Below, piece after piece: positions 8,765 through 19,247 of a DNA stretch of 64,000 nucleotides (position 1 is the stretch's first letter; every line of letters starts with the position of its first letter). The stretch lies in NCBI GenBank assembly GCA_038245295.1, contig JBBRSP010000013.1, positions 64,001 through 128,000 of the forward strand. The letters run 5' to 3'. The notes below the pieces were generated by a model. It did no database searches and was not told where the DNA came from. It saw only the letters and a program-made list of their open reading frames with translations. The stretch comes from Candidatus Binatia bacterium (GTDB lineage: Bacteria > Desulfobacterota > Binatia > HRBIN30). A program made the translations under genes and the position numbers.

Positions 8765-10030
8765 GTGAAGATACGATCTTTCGCGGCCCTTGTGGCTGCT
8801 GTTGCACTGGTGACGTTGTCTGGTTGTGGCGCAACTCGACGTGAGGGTGGTTCTTCTTGGTGGCGCTGGGAGAAACCGCAGGGTGAAGTAGTATCTCACG
8901 TTGGTAATGCTCCGGTGGCGCTAGCCCATAAGTGGCGTAACTCGGACCAATTCAACTTTGAACACCCTCGGGTGACCGATTTCGTGTCGCGCTTTCAGTC
9001 CGATCTGCGCGGATTTTATGGCCATGCTCTCGAACGCAGCGGCCGTTACGTACCGGGCATCACGCCGATCTTGCGCACCGAAGGTGTGCCCGAAGAGTTC
9101 GCCTATCTGCCGCTGATAGAGAGCGGCTTTCGTACGCAGGCGGTTTCGCCGGCGCGTGCCGTTGGGCTTTGGCAGTTCATTCCGGGCACCGGGCGGCGCT
9201 ACGGATTGCGTATCGACCAGTACGTCGACGAGCGCCGTGATCCGGTGCCGGCGACCCATGCGGCTGCGCGCTACCTGAAGGATCTTTACGCGATGTTCGG
9301 CGACTGGCACCTGACCCTCGCTGCGTACAACACGGGGGAAGGGCGTATCACCGGGATCATCGAGCGCGGCGAAGCCGATGACTATTGGGAGATGACCGAT
9401 CGCGGCTGCTTGTATCGCGAAACGTCGGACTACGTCCCTGAATTCCTGGCAGCGGTACAGATTGCCGGCGAGCCCGAGTTGTATGGCTTTGTGCCGCCGC
9501 AACCGCAGTCGATGGAATATGACCAGATCTTCATTGCCCGCCACTTCCCGCTCGCCAAGCTGGCTCAGCTATGCGACACATCGGCCGACGTTCTGCGTGA
9601 GCTCAATCCCGCATTGATCAAAGGTGTCATCCCGCCGGGCGGCTACGGTGTCAAAGTCCCGGTTGGGCGTAAGGTCCATTGTGAAGTTGCCTACGCAAGT
9701 CTGACACAGGATGAGTTGGACGACATCGCCCGCTCGCTCGCACCAAGGCCACGTTACGTGAAGAAGTGCGTCCGTCGTCATGGCAAGCAGGTGTGCAGCA
9801 TGCAACGGGTCGGCAGCGTCGCGCACGACAAATATGAGCGGGCCGCTGAGCGCGAGGCTGATGCCGTTCGCCTGCGTGGTCTGCACGCCAAACAGCCGTG
9901 TGGACCGCAAACCGTCGCCAAGAAGGGTCGTCAGCCGGCGATTACGAGAGTCGCGGCGAAGTCCAACGCGAGCAGCAAGAAATCAAAAGCGGCAGCCAAG
10001 AAGCCGACGAAGCACGCACACTCGAGGTAG
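8765..10030 (+). CDS. Lytic transglycosylase (MltD-like SLT domain), lipoprotein
   Basis: Lipobox LSGC; IES, GLWQF, DERRDP, LAAYNTG and ET motifs; basic C-terminal tail; GTG start with GGGAGG RBS. Confidence 0.88.
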   Translation: MKIRSFAALVAAVALVTLSGCGATRREGGSSWWRWEKPQGEVVSHVGNAPVALAHKWRNSDQFNFEHPRVTDFVSRFQSDLRGFYGHALERSGRYVPGITPILRTEGVPEEFAYLPLIESGFRTQAVSPARAVGLWQFIPGTGRRYGLRIDQYVDERRDPVPATHAAARYLKDLYAMFGDWHLTLAAYNTGEGRITGIIERGEADDYWEMTDRGCLYRETSDYVPEFLAAVQIAGEPELYGFVPPQPQSMEYDQIFIARHFPLAKLAQLCDTSADVLRELNPALIKGVIPPGGYGVKVPVGRKVHCEVAYASLTQDELDDIARSLAPRPRYVKKCVRRHGKQVCSMQRVGSVAHDKYERAAEREADAVRLRGLHAKQPCGPQTVAKKGRQPAITRVAAKSNASSKKSKAAAKKPTKHAHSR

Positions 10031-10054
10031 CCGGCGACACCGCCGTGTATTCCT

Positions 10055-10636
10055 GTGCGTCGCGATATTGCCAAGATTTTCGCCGAGAGTGTGCGCGTCA
10101 AGCGCGCCTTCGTGCGGCAGCACTCGCCGCAACTCGTTGAGGCCATCGGTCTCCTCTGTGCCGCCTTCAAAGCTGGAAACAAGCTCCTGCTGTTCGGGAA
10201 CGGCGGCAGCGCCGCCGATGCGCAACACATCGCCGCCGAGTTCGTCAATCGATTCAAGATTGAGCGTGCGCCGCTACCCGCCATCGCCTTGACCACGGAC
10301 ACGTCGGCGCTGACCAGTATCGCCAACGACTACAGTTACGCTGAGATCTTCTCGAAGCAGGTCCAGGCCTTGGGGCGCCGCGGCGATGTCGCGTTGGCGC
10401 TCTCGACCAGTGGCAACGCTGCCAACGTCTTACGCGCGGTCAGAGAGTGCCGCCGTCTCGGTGTGACGACGATCGGCTTGAGCGGCGGCAACGGCGGCAA
10501 ACTCGCGGGTGTCGTCGACCTTCTTCTCTGCGTCGACGCAACGCGTGAGACGGCACGCATTCAAGAGACCCATATCGTCATCGCCCACACCATTTGTGAG
10601 CTCGTAGACGATGCTCTGTTCGGGGCGGGCGATTGA
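10055..10636 (+). CDS. gmhA: D-sedoheptulose-7-phosphate isomerase
   Basis: GNGGSAADAQH, STSGN and RIQETH motifs. Confidence 0.95.
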   Translation: MRRDIAKIFAESVRVKRAFVRQHSPQLVEAIGLLCAAFKAGNKLLLFGNGGSAADAQHIAAEFVNRFKIERAPLPAIALTTDTSALTSIANDYSYAEIFSKQVQALGRRGDVALALSTSGNAANVLRAVRECRRLGVTTIGLSGGNGGKLAGVVDLLLCVDATRETARIQETHIVIAHTICELVDDALFGAGD

Positions 10637-11583
10637 TGTCTGTGCGCCGGCCACTGAAGCCACTCGACCTATCGAAGGTAAAGACATACCGGCTCAAGTC
10701 GCGCCACAGCCTGGTGCAGCGGGACGCCCTGGCGACGCCTCCGCGCCCGGGGCAGAGTGTCAGCGACTTTCTCGGCGGATTGCCGCAGGTGTTGGCGGCG
10801 CGCGACCTGAACGACGTCGCCGCCGAGATTGCCCGGCGCCATCGTGCCGGGCGTACCGTGGCACTGGGGATGGGAGCGCATCCGATCAAGGTTGGGCTCA
10901 GCCCGTTGATCATCGACTTCATGCGGCGCGGTCTTTTGCAGGCCGTCGCATTCAATGGCGCCTCGATCATCCATGATTTCGAAATGGCATACGCCGGTAA
11001 AACATCGGAAGATGTGGCCGCCAATCTGGCGGACGGCAGTTTCGGCATGTCAGAAGACACAGGCCGCTTTCTCAATGAGGCAATCGCTAATGCGTATGAG
11101 GGAGAGGGGCTTGGTGCGGCGGTTGGCCGGGCAATTGTCGAAGCCCATCTGCCGTATGCAGCCAACAGTATCCTGGCGGCGGGGATCCTCTACGGCGTAC
11201 CCGTGACGGTGCACGTCGCCATCGGCACCGACATCATCCACATGCACCCGAGCGCCGACGGTGCGGCCATAGGCGCGACCAGCCTGCGGGATTTCCATAC
11301 CCTGGCGGCGGTCGCCGCGACCCTGCAGGGCGGCGTGTTCATCAATCTCGGCTCGGCGGTGTTGATCCCGGAAGTCTTTCTGAAGGCCCTCAATCTGGCC
11401 CGTAATGTCGGCAAACGAGTCGAGAAACTACTGACGATCGATATGGATTTCGTGCGCCATTACCGGCCACAAATGAACGTCGTCCAGCGCCCTACCCGCG
11501 GGACGGGGCGTGGCTACCACTTCACCGGGCACCACGAGATCATGTTCCCATTGCTGTGCGCCGCCGTGCTGGAAAAATTGTAA
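10636..11583 (+). CDS. Conserved uncharacterised protein, deoxyhypusine-synthase-like fold (tentative)
   Basis: GMGAHPIK, NGASIIHDFE, HVAIGTD and GSAV motifs; TGATG-coupled to gmhA. Confidence 0.55.
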   Translation: MSVRRPLKPLDLSKVKTYRLKSRHSLVQRDALATPPRPGQSVSDFLGGLPQVLAARDLNDVAAEIARRHRAGRTVALGMGAHPIKVGLSPLIIDFMRRGLLQAVAFNGASIIHDFEMAYAGKTSEDVAANLADGSFGMSEDTGRFLNEAIANAYEGEGLGAAVGRAIVEAHLPYAANSILAAGILYGVPVTVHVAIGTDIIHMHPSADGAAIGATSLRDFHTLAAVAATLQGGVFINLGSAVLIPEVFLKALNLARNVGKRVEKLLTIDMDFVRHYRPQMNVVQRPTRGTGRGYHFTGHHEIMFPLLCAAVLEKL

Positions 11584-11709
11584 CGCCGCTCATCAGTTCG
11601 GCGTTGGCTTGCAAATCCTACCACGCGCCGCCCGGACGCACCGACGAACTTACATCCTAGCCGCCTCGAGTCTTCCGCCACACGCTGAGGATACGGCCGT
11701 CGGACGGTT

Positions 11710-11725
11710 TGGCATCTTCCCCGCT
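11710..11725 (+). promoter_or_regulatory. Possible sigma-54 promoter
   Basis: TGGCAT-CTTCC-CCGCT, GG-N10-GC spacing, 72 nt before the response regulator start; weak -12 element. Confidence 0.4.
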
Positions 11726-11796
11726 AGAAGCATGGTTCCCCTCAGCCCCGGTGATCGGACGGTGTGTGGGAATTTCGGGCGGCGAAGGGATTAGGG

Positions 11797-12168
11797 ATGT
11801 CGGTGCGGCCAATTCTAGTGATTGACGATGATCTCAATACACGTGAGGCGATGGGAGAGTTTCTAACTCTGCATGGGTACAGCGTCGTCTTGGCGGCCGA
11901 TGGTCAAGAAGGCTTGACGTATTTGCGCGCCGGTATGCGCCCTGGGCTCATCATTCTCGATCTCATGATGCCCGAAAAAAATGGTTTCCAGTTCCGTGTC
12001 GAGCAATGCCTCGATCCGGAGTTGGAGAAAATTCCAGTAATCGTATATTCCGGCGATCGAGAAGCTTATGCCAACGGCTTCTTCCTGGGTGCCGTGGCAC
12101 GGCTGGATAAGCCGATCGACGTCAGCAAACTTCTGGAGGCGGTCAAGGCGCATTGCCAACCGAGTTGA
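11797..12168 (+). CDS. Single-domain response regulator (CheY-like)
   Basis: LVIDDD, LDLMMP and KP receiver residues. Confidence 0.9.
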   Translation: MSVRPILVIDDDLNTREAMGEFLTLHGYSVVLAADGQEGLTYLRAGMRPGLIILDLMMPEKNGFQFRVEQCLDPELEKIPVIVYSGDREAYANGFFLGAVARLDKPIDVSKLLEAVKAHCQPS

Positions 12169-14234
12169 TGTGGGTCCGCGAGGCAACAGGGAGCGGCAAA
12201 CGGGCAGGCGAGTTGGCGAAGACGGCTGGCGCTTCAATGGTTGAGGAATCGTCCCCGCCACAGGTCGACCTCGCGCGGCGTTACGGAGTTGCGCTGCTGA
12301 GCGTTGCCGCGACCCTCGTGCTGCGAGTCATTGTCGACCCGTATTTGGAGGATCGCATGACCCTCGCGCCCTTTCACATCGCGACACTTGTTGCTGCCTG
12401 GGTCGGCGGGTTCTGGCCCGGTATGGCGGCCACCGCATTGGGCATTGGCGCCGGACAAATTTTCTTTGCAACGCCGCGCATGGATCCGCTGATTGCCGGA
12501 ATGCCGGCGACGCTGACGTTATTTGCTCACGCGATCATCGGCACCATCGTGGCGGGGGGGGGCTCTTCTTTGCGTTCGGCGCACCAGAATGCCTTGGCGG
12601 CGGCAGCCGATGCGCGAGATCAGGAAGCGAGTCTACTGCGCCGCGTTGAAGAGCAAGGTCGCACGGAAGCCGCGCTGAAAGTGTCCGAAGCGCGATTCAA
12701 AGCGATCATCGGCGCGGTGATGGACGGCATCCTCACGATCGACGCTCAGAAGCGGATCACCTCATTCAATGCGGGTGCGGAAAGGCTGTTTGGCTACCCG
12801 GCCGCTGCGGCACTGGGTCAGCCGGTTCAAATGCTGTGGGCGGCGAGTGAACCTGTCGTCGATCTCGATCATTGGATCACGTCGTCGCTGCCTCTGCGCC
12901 GATCCTTGCGGGGACGGCGCTTTGATGGGGGCGAGTTTGCGGTCGACGTCCAGGTGGCACGTTTGGATCTCCGTACGCCCTCCGACTTGGCATTGGTGGT
13001 GCGCGACATCAACGAACGTGAGCGGCTGGAAACACAACGACAGCAGCTGTTCAAGCAAGAGCAAGCGGCGCGCAACGCTGCCGACACAATGAACCGCACC
13101 AAAGATGCCTTCGTCGCGACGGTGTCGCACGAGTTGCGCGCGCCCCTGTCGCCGATTCTGGCGTGGGCGCGCATGCTGCGCGACGGTTCGTTGGCGCCAG
13201 AACAGCGGGTCCACGCCAGCGAGAGCATCGAACGCAATGCCCGATCGCTGATGCTGCTGATTGACGATTTCATGGATGGCTCACGTTTGGTGGCCGGCGC
13301 GCTGCGGCTCGAAGTCGGGGACGTTGTGCTGGCCGACGTCGTCGATGATACCGTCGAAGCTCTGCGCGGTGCTGCTGAGGCGAAACAGGTGTCGATTGAC
13401 GTGTCGGTCGACCGCAACTTGGGCGTCATTCGGGGTGATGCGCGACGACTTCAGCAAGTGTGCTGGAACCTGTTATCCAACGCCATCAAGTTTTCCGACG
13501 AAGGCGGTTCGGTTACCGTGGTGTTGCGACGCCATAACGACCACGCCGAGATCGTGGTGAGTGACAGCGGCAGCGGCATCCGCTCGGAGTTTTTGCCCCA
13601 CGTGTTCGAGCCCCTGCGACAGGGCGATGCATCACACAGCCGCATCCATGGCGGGTTGGGACTTGGGTTGTCGATCGCGCATGATCTGGTCGAGCTACAC
13701 GGTGGTCGCATCACGGCGGCAAACCGCGACGATAGACGCGGCGCGATCTTCACCGTCGAGCTGCCCCTGGCAGCCTCGACGCCGTTGGTGTCGGCGGTCA
13801 AGACCGACGTCGTGCGAAGCCAGCGCGTCGTGTCCGCCAGTCCCAGTCTGGACGGCATCAGCGTCCTGTTGGTCGACGATGATGCCGACACCAACGAGGC
13901 CTACAAGATTCTGTTGACCAGCAGCGGTGCCGATGTCCGTACGGCTTGCTCGGCGGAGCAGGGAATGTCGATCTTGCGTACATGGGTGCCGGATGTGCTG
14001 GTCAGTGATATCGGCATGCCCGGACGCGACGGGCAATCTCTCATTACGGAAGTCCGCGCGCAGACAGGTTGCCTGGCGCGAGTGCCAGCCATTGCCTTTA
14101 CCGCCTTCAGCACGGCGGACGATCGCCTGCGTCTTCTCGCCGCTGGTTTTGACGCTCATCTCGCCAAGCCTGCGGAGCCCGGCGAGCTCATCGCCAGCAT
14201 CGCCAAGCTTGGTCGCGCGCACCACGGACACTGA
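12168..14234 (+). CDS. Hybrid sensor histidine kinase (DUF4118-like TM region, PAS, HisKA, HATPase, REC); alternative start 12237
   Basis: SHELRAPL H-box, NLLSNAIKF, DSGSGI, GLGLGL, C-terminal receiver (VDDD, DIGMP, KP). Confidence 0.9.
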   Translation: MWVREATGSGKRAGELAKTAGASMVEESSPPQVDLARRYGVALLSVAATLVLRVIVDPYLEDRMTLAPFHIATLVAAWVGGFWPGMAATALGIGAGQIFFATPRMDPLIAGMPATLTLFAHAIIGTIVAGGGSSLRSAHQNALAAAADARDQEASLLRRVEEQGRTEAALKVSEARFKAIIGAVMDGILTIDAQKRITSFNAGAERLFGYPAAAALGQPVQMLWAASEPVVDLDHWITSSLPLRRSLRGRRFDGGEFAVDVQVARLDLRTPSDLALVVRDINERERLETQRQQLFKQEQAARNAADTMNRTKDAFVATVSHELRAPLSPILAWARMLRDGSLAPEQRVHASESIERNARSLMLLIDDFMDGSRLVAGALRLEVGDVVLADVVDDTVEALRGAAEAKQVSIDVSVDRNLGVIRGDARRLQQVCWNLLSNAIKFSDEGGSVTVVLRRHNDHAEIVVSDSGSGIRSEFLPHVFEPLRQGDASHSRIHGGLGLGLSIAHDLVELHGGRITAANRDDRRGAIFTVELPLAASTPLVSAVKTDVVRSQRVVSASPSLDGISVLLVDDDADTNEAYKILLTSSGADVRTACSAEQGMSILRTWVPDVLVSDIGMPGRDGQSLITEVRAQTGCLARVPAIAFTAFSTADDRLRLLAAGFDAHLAKPAEPGELIASIAKLGRAHHGH

Positions 14235-14285
14235 TCCCATTTCATGTATTGCTGGCGATCCGTAGAGAGTTTATCTCGAACCTGA

Positions 14286-16058
14286 ATGCGCGCCTCGACG
14301 AAGAGTACCCTTGGGGCGCTAGCCGGCCTGCTCATCCTCCTTGCAGGCTTCGCGATCTGGGCCGAATCACAATTGAGCTCCATGGAGCGAACGCTCATGG
14401 AGAGTACGGCGCGCCTGGTCGGCAGCGAGGTTGCCGCGATTTTGTCCGAGTCGGCGATTGATCAGCTATTTCTGCGCTCCGATTGGGAAGCTGGGCAACG
14501 CTTGGAGCAGATGGTCGCCGATCTGGCCGCCCACTCGGAAGTTGTCGCATCGATTTCTGTTGTCGACGTGGATGGTCTCGTCGTCGTCAGCAAAGACATT
14601 CCGGTCGGACAGCAGCTTGCCTTGCCGGCGGTGATCTTTCATAGCGATAGACGCCCACAGTTCGTCAGTACCGAAGCCGGGCGGGACGGCGGCGTGTATC
14701 ACCTCTTCGTACCGTTGATTCGCGATGACGCGATTCTTGGCTACCTGCGCGTATCCATCGGCAACCAACGCATCGAGCAACTCTACCGCCGGGCCCAGCA
14801 CCAACTCGCGACCTTGGTGGCGGCCGGTTTGGCGTTCATCGCCGTAGTTGGATTCTTGGTGGAGCTCCAGGTGGCACGTACCGCCAATAAGCTGACCATG
14901 GCGCTGGAATCGGCGATTCGCGGTGAGACGAGCGAGCCGGCGAAGAACGACGAGTTTGCCAAGGCGCTCAACACGGCACATCGGGCGGGTAAGGAGCTGT
15001 CCGCCGCACGCGCCCAGACCGCAGACGCTCAGGGCCGGTTTTCCGAGCTCATGCGGGTCATCGACGTGGGCATCTTGCTGATTGGCCCCGTCGGTGAGAT
15101 CGATTTTGCCAACGAGCAGGCACGACGCTTGTGCGGCTGTCCAAACGCAGGCGAGCTCGAAGAGCGCTGGGGCAGCCTGAGCGAGTATTTCAACACCGTT
15201 CCCTTCGACTCGGCGTCGACCGGCGGCAGTCTCGACGTCGAGGTGCCGACAAGTGGTCGCTCAAACCGCATCCGGCTCGAGTACTACCCGCGCTATCAAC
15301 ATGGCGGTTGGCTCATCTTGGTGCGGAGTCGCGATATGCTCGACGCCTTGGAGAACGAGCTACGGTTGGCGATCCAAATGCGCGGTTTCGCGCAGTTCTA
15401 CGTCGCCTTCGTGCACGACCTCAAGGCGCCGCTGAATGCGATGGTGCTGAATATCGAGCTATTGAAACAGTCGCTCAACGCTCCCGCGGGTGGTGACGAG
15501 ACGGAGCTCAAGGCCCGGCAACTGCGCTACGCGCAGGTCTTGGTCCAGGAGGTGATGCGCCTCGATCGTTCGCTGGGGACGGTCTTGACCCATGCGTCTT
15601 CGCCGAAAGAAATGGAGCAACAGTTCGACCTGCGCGAGCTTATCGACGAGCTGGGAACGCTGTTGACGCCGTTGGCGAGGAAGCAGCGTATCGAGCTGAC
15701 GATGCCTGCCTCCGAACAGCCCCTGCCGATCACCGGACATCGCGATCGTCTGAAACAAGCGTTGCTCAACATCGCCATCAACGGGTTGGAATCGATGTCG
15801 CATGGTGGTGCTTTGACCATTACGACGACGCGCCGCGATGGAGTCGCCTCGATCGCGCTGCAGGACAGCGGCCCGGGTATCCCTCCGGATCTGCTCAACG
15901 AGATCTACAATATGCACTTTACCACCAAGGACGGCGGCACCGGTGTTGGCTTGTACGTGGCGCGATCGGTCATCCAGGCTCACGGCGGTCGCATTCGTGT
16001 CGACAGTACGGCCGACCATGGGACGTGCTTCCACGTCGATCTGCCTTGCCTAACGTGA
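14286..16058 (+). CDS. Membrane sensor histidine kinase (NtrB/PilS-like)
   Basis: Two TM segments, HDLKAPL H-box, NIAINGLE, DSGPGI, FTTK, GTGVGL. Confidence 0.9.
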   Translation: MRASTKSTLGALAGLLILLAGFAIWAESQLSSMERTLMESTARLVGSEVAAILSESAIDQLFLRSDWEAGQRLEQMVADLAAHSEVVASISVVDVDGLVVVSKDIPVGQQLALPAVIFHSDRRPQFVSTEAGRDGGVYHLFVPLIRDDAILGYLRVSIGNQRIEQLYRRAQHQLATLVAAGLAFIAVVGFLVELQVARTANKLTMALESAIRGETSEPAKNDEFAKALNTAHRAGKELSAARAQTADAQGRFSELMRVIDVGILLIGPVGEIDFANEQARRLCGCPNAGELEERWGSLSEYFNTVPFDSASTGGSLDVEVPTSGRSNRIRLEYYPRYQHGGWLILVRSRDMLDALENELRLAIQMRGFAQFYVAFVHDLKAPLNAMVLNIELLKQSLNAPAGGDETELKARQLRYAQVLVQEVMRLDRSLGTVLTHASSPKEMEQQFDLRELIDELGTLLTPLARKQRIELTMPASEQPLPITGHRDRLKQALLNIAINGLESMSHGGALTITTTRRDGVASIALQDSGPGIPPDLLNEIYNMHFTTKDGGTGVGLYVARSVIQAHGGRIRVDSTADHGTCFHVDLPCLT

Positions 16059-16179
16059 GGCTGCCTGGGCATTGGCGTTTGTCGTTCTGATTCGATTGGG
16101 ATAACACCCTTGCGGCCTCTGGTTGCAATGCGCACTGAGTGACCATTTGCCAAATTTCTCGATACCTACGGAGAGTCCC

Positions 16180-17571
16180 GTGCCTACTGCCTTACTGATC
16201 GATGACGATCCGACTGTCCTGAGTTCGTTCGCTGAGCTCATTGAGCTCGAAGGCTTCAAAACGAGTGTTGCCGCCAACCTCGGTGAAGCGCGAACCCTGC
16301 TGGCGAAGTCGGTGCCGGATGTGGTGCTCTGTGATCTGCAGTTGCCCGACGGCAGCGGCATGGAGCTGATCAAGGAAGTCAGCAGTCCGACACAGATCGT
16401 CCTGATTACCGGCCACGCCAGCGTCGACAACGCCATCGAAGCCCTACGCATGGGCGTTTCCGACTACCTGACGAAGCCAATCGACATCGCGCGCTTGAAG
16501 GCGGTGCTTGCCAATATTTTGCGGGCCCGTCGATTGACCGAGGAGATCGGCAACCTGCGCGGCGAGCTACGCAAGCTGGGCCGCTTCGGCGATCTCGTGG
16601 GCGCGGCGCCGGTGATGCAGAAGCTTTATGACATGGTGGGCCGCGTCGCTCCGACCGATGCGACCGTCCTGCTAATGGGCGAAAGCGGCACCGGCAAAGA
16701 GGTTGTCGCCCAGACCGTGCACGATCTGAGTCGGCGCAGTAAGGAGGCGTTCTTGCCGCTGAACTGTGGCGCTGTTTCTCCGAACCTGATCGAGAGCGAG
16801 CTCTTCGGTCACGAGCGCGGCAGCTTCACCGGCGCCGATCGACTCCATAAGGGCTACTTCGAGCGCGCCAATGGAGGAACACTGTTCCTCGATGAAATCA
16901 CCGAGATGCCCATCGAGTTGCAGGTCAAACTGCTGCGTGTCCTGGAGACAGGCCAGGTGACGCGCCTGGGTGCCGAAAGCCCGATCGCGGTAAATGTGCG
17001 CGTCGTCGCAGCTACGAACCGCCGCCCGGAAGATGCCGTGGCTGAGGGCAAGCTGCGCGAAGACCTGCTCTACCGTTTGCGGGTCTTCCCTCTGCAGCTC
17101 CCGCCCCTGCGCGAGCGTGAGGATGACATCGAGCTGCTCGCTGAGCACTTTCTGCACCTCCTCAACCAAACCGAAGGGACAAAAAAGGCGTTTACGCGCG
17201 CCGCATTGAAGCGACTGCGGGCGCACGCCTGGCCGGGCAATGTGCGCGAGCTGAAGAACTTGATTCATCAGGCCTATATTCTCGCCGACGAAGAGATCGA
17301 GGTGGATTGTTTGCCCCTGCAAACCGTCAACCGCGATGCGGCAACGGACTCGTCGCGACCTACATTGCACATTCCGGTTGGAATCTCGCTCGATGAGGCC
17401 GACCACCGACTGATCCTGGCGACTCTGGAACTGCACGACGGCGACAAGAAGAAGACCGCGTCCGTTCTCGGGATAAGCCTGAAAACGCTCTACAATCGCC
17501 TCAACGAGTACGCCAGCGAAAAGACCGACGTTGCCACTCTCGATCCGCCGATCGAGGAGGCGAATTCCTAG
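16180..17571 (+). CDS. Sigma-54-dependent response regulator (NtrC family)
   Basis: Receiver domain, GESGTGKE, ESELFGHERGSFTGA, WPGNVREL, Fis-type HTH; GTG start after GGAGAG. Confidence 0.95.
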   Translation: MPTALLIDDDPTVLSSFAELIELEGFKTSVAANLGEARTLLAKSVPDVVLCDLQLPDGSGMELIKEVSSPTQIVLITGHASVDNAIEALRMGVSDYLTKPIDIARLKAVLANILRARRLTEEIGNLRGELRKLGRFGDLVGAAPVMQKLYDMVGRVAPTDATVLLMGESGTGKEVVAQTVHDLSRRSKEAFLPLNCGAVSPNLIESELFGHERGSFTGADRLHKGYFERANGGTLFLDEITEMPIELQVKLLRVLETGQVTRLGAESPIAVNVRVVAATNRRPEDAVAEGKLREDLLYRLRVFPLQLPPLREREDDIELLAEHFLHLLNQTEGTKKAFTRAALKRLRAHAWPGNVRELKNLIHQAYILADEEIEVDCLPLQTVNRDAATDSSRPTLHIPVGISLDEADHRLILATLELHDGDKKKTASVLGISLKTLYNRLNEYASEKTDVATLDPPIEEANS

Positions 17572-17664
17572 TTGTTGTAGGTCTTGCCCACGCCGTGGAA
17601 GGAATTGGTCAACGGCGCGCCTTCTTTCGCGGCAGATTCTCCGAGTCTCCAAGCCAGACTGCGT

Positions 17665-17680
17665 TGGCACGGATCCAGCT
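17665..17680 (+). promoter_or_regulatory. Sigma-54 (-24/-12) promoter upstream of the ompA-like gene
   Basis: TTGGCAC-GGATC-CAGCT, GG-N10-GC spacing, immediately downstream of an NtrC-family activator. Confidence 0.6.
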
Positions 17681-17764
17681 TTCTCCTCAGGCATACGCGG
17701 CGCAGCCGCGATCTCAACGAGGCGGGGGGATACGCTCCGTCCAGAACGGGAAGAGAGGGCCACA

Positions 17765-18802
17765 ATGTTTCGTCGTCATACTTGGCTGATTTACCCATCC
17801 TTGTGCTTGGCGCTGGTCGGCGCCACTACCCGACCCAGCTCGGCGAGGGAAGGGGGATACGTTGGCTTGGACCTGGGTGTTTCGGAGCCTACCAACGACA
17901 ACTATCGATCGCACGTTCAGACCGGTGGTGTCGCGGCTCCCTACGCCGGGTACATGTTCAACGACTATCTCGGTTTGCAGGGCCAATTTCAGTTTCTGTT
18001 CCAGCAACCCGACAACGACAACCGACGCTTTTTCCAGTCGAATATCGAGAACGAGAATCAGACGACCACGATGGGCGGCCTGACGATCGGCCCACGCCTG
18101 CAGGTGCCCCTCGGCGACCTGGTGAGCCTCTACGCTACCGGCCAAGGCGGTGGGTACAAGGGCTTCGGTGGTCGTCTCAACCAGTGGGCTCCAGGATTCT
18201 CGGTTGGCGGTGGGTTGGACTTTAACATCACCGACAACGTCGCCGTTGGTCTGTTCGGCCGCTGGAACCGCGCCTACATGGCGCCGCATCCAACCTTCTT
18301 GGTTGGCCATGCCGACGACGATCAGGGGCCCAAGGATATTCGCTGGGTGACCGCGGGTATCGGACTCAAGTACAGCTTCCCGCAAGAAGCGCCGCCACCG
18401 CCGCGGGCTCCCGCTCCCCCACCCGTCGTTGCTCGCGAGCAGCCCCGCGAAGTGCCGGTGAAGAAGAAGATCGTCTTGCGCAGCGTTCACTTCGACTTCG
18501 ACAAGTCGGTGATTCGCAGCGACGCACGCCCCGTCTTGGACGAAGCGGCGACCATTTTGAGCCAGGAAAAAGACATCAATATGGTGATCGTTGAAGGTCA
18601 CACCGACAGCAAAGGTACCGATGCCTACAACGAGAAGCTCTCCAACCGGCGCGCTGCCGCTGTGCGTGACTACCTCGTAAAGAAGGGCATTTCCGCTAGC
18701 CGCATCCGTACCGAAGGGCTTGGCGAATCACGTCCTGTTGCGAGCAACGACACCGACGAAGGCCGAGCCCAGAACCGCCGTGTTGAACTAAATATCAATT
18801 AG
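17765..18802 (+). CDS. OmpA family outer membrane protein (beta-barrel, Pro linker, peptidoglycan-binding domain)
   Basis: Signal peptide, amphipathic beta strands, PPPP linker, FDFDKS, GHTD, LSNRRA, NRRVE. Confidence 0.92.
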   Translation: MFRRHTWLIYPSLCLALVGATTRPSSAREGGYVGLDLGVSEPTNDNYRSHVQTGGVAAPYAGYMFNDYLGLQGQFQFLFQQPDNDNRRFFQSNIENENQTTTMGGLTIGPRLQVPLGDLVSLYATGQGGGYKGFGGRLNQWAPGFSVGGGLDFNITDNVAVGLFGRWNRAYMAPHPTFLVGHADDDQGPKDIRWVTAGIGLKYSFPQEAPPPPRAPAPPPVVAREQPREVPVKKKIVLRSVHFDFDKSVIRSDARPVLDEAATILSQEKDINMVIVEGHTDSKGTDAYNEKLSNRRAAAVRDYLVKKGISASRIRTEGLGESRPVASNDTDEGRAQNRRVELNIN

Positions 18803-18833
18803 GAGCCAAGGCGCTCGCGCCGGAGAATGAACG

Positions 18834-19040
18834 ATGGATCTCATTGAAGCTCATACGACCCTCAAGAAGATCGTCGAAAACGTCCAGAACGCCGCCACCT
18901 CCGATCGGGAGGTGGTGGCGGTTCTCACTCATCTGTTTGGTACCGGCAGAATCCGCGTCGATGACGGAATGCAGCGGCGGCCCCTGTATCAAGTGCCGCT
19001 GCGACGCACGTCGATGCTGGGGCAGCAGAACCACCGCTGA
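18834..19040 (+). CDS. Small hypothetical protein
   Basis: 68-aa ORF with GGAG RBS, directly after the ompA-like gene. Confidence 0.5.
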   Translation: MDLIEAHTTLKKIVENVQNAATSDREVVAVLTHLFGTGRIRVDDGMQRRPLYQVPLRRTSMLGQQNHR

Positions 19041-19247
19041 GCCCGCATCAACTGGCGCGGATCATGTAGGTCGTTGTCGCTCTGCAAGGCCCGCTGTTGC
19101 TGTGTTGAGGTGTGGGGGCGCTTCCCCTGGCGGCCAACAGCCGAACACCGGATACCCTAACTCATCGGCTTTCCCGCCTCGTTTACTCCCGAAAATCCCT
19201 GTGCTACCGCCACCGTCAGCACGCGTAGAGCGGCGGGAGGATCACTG

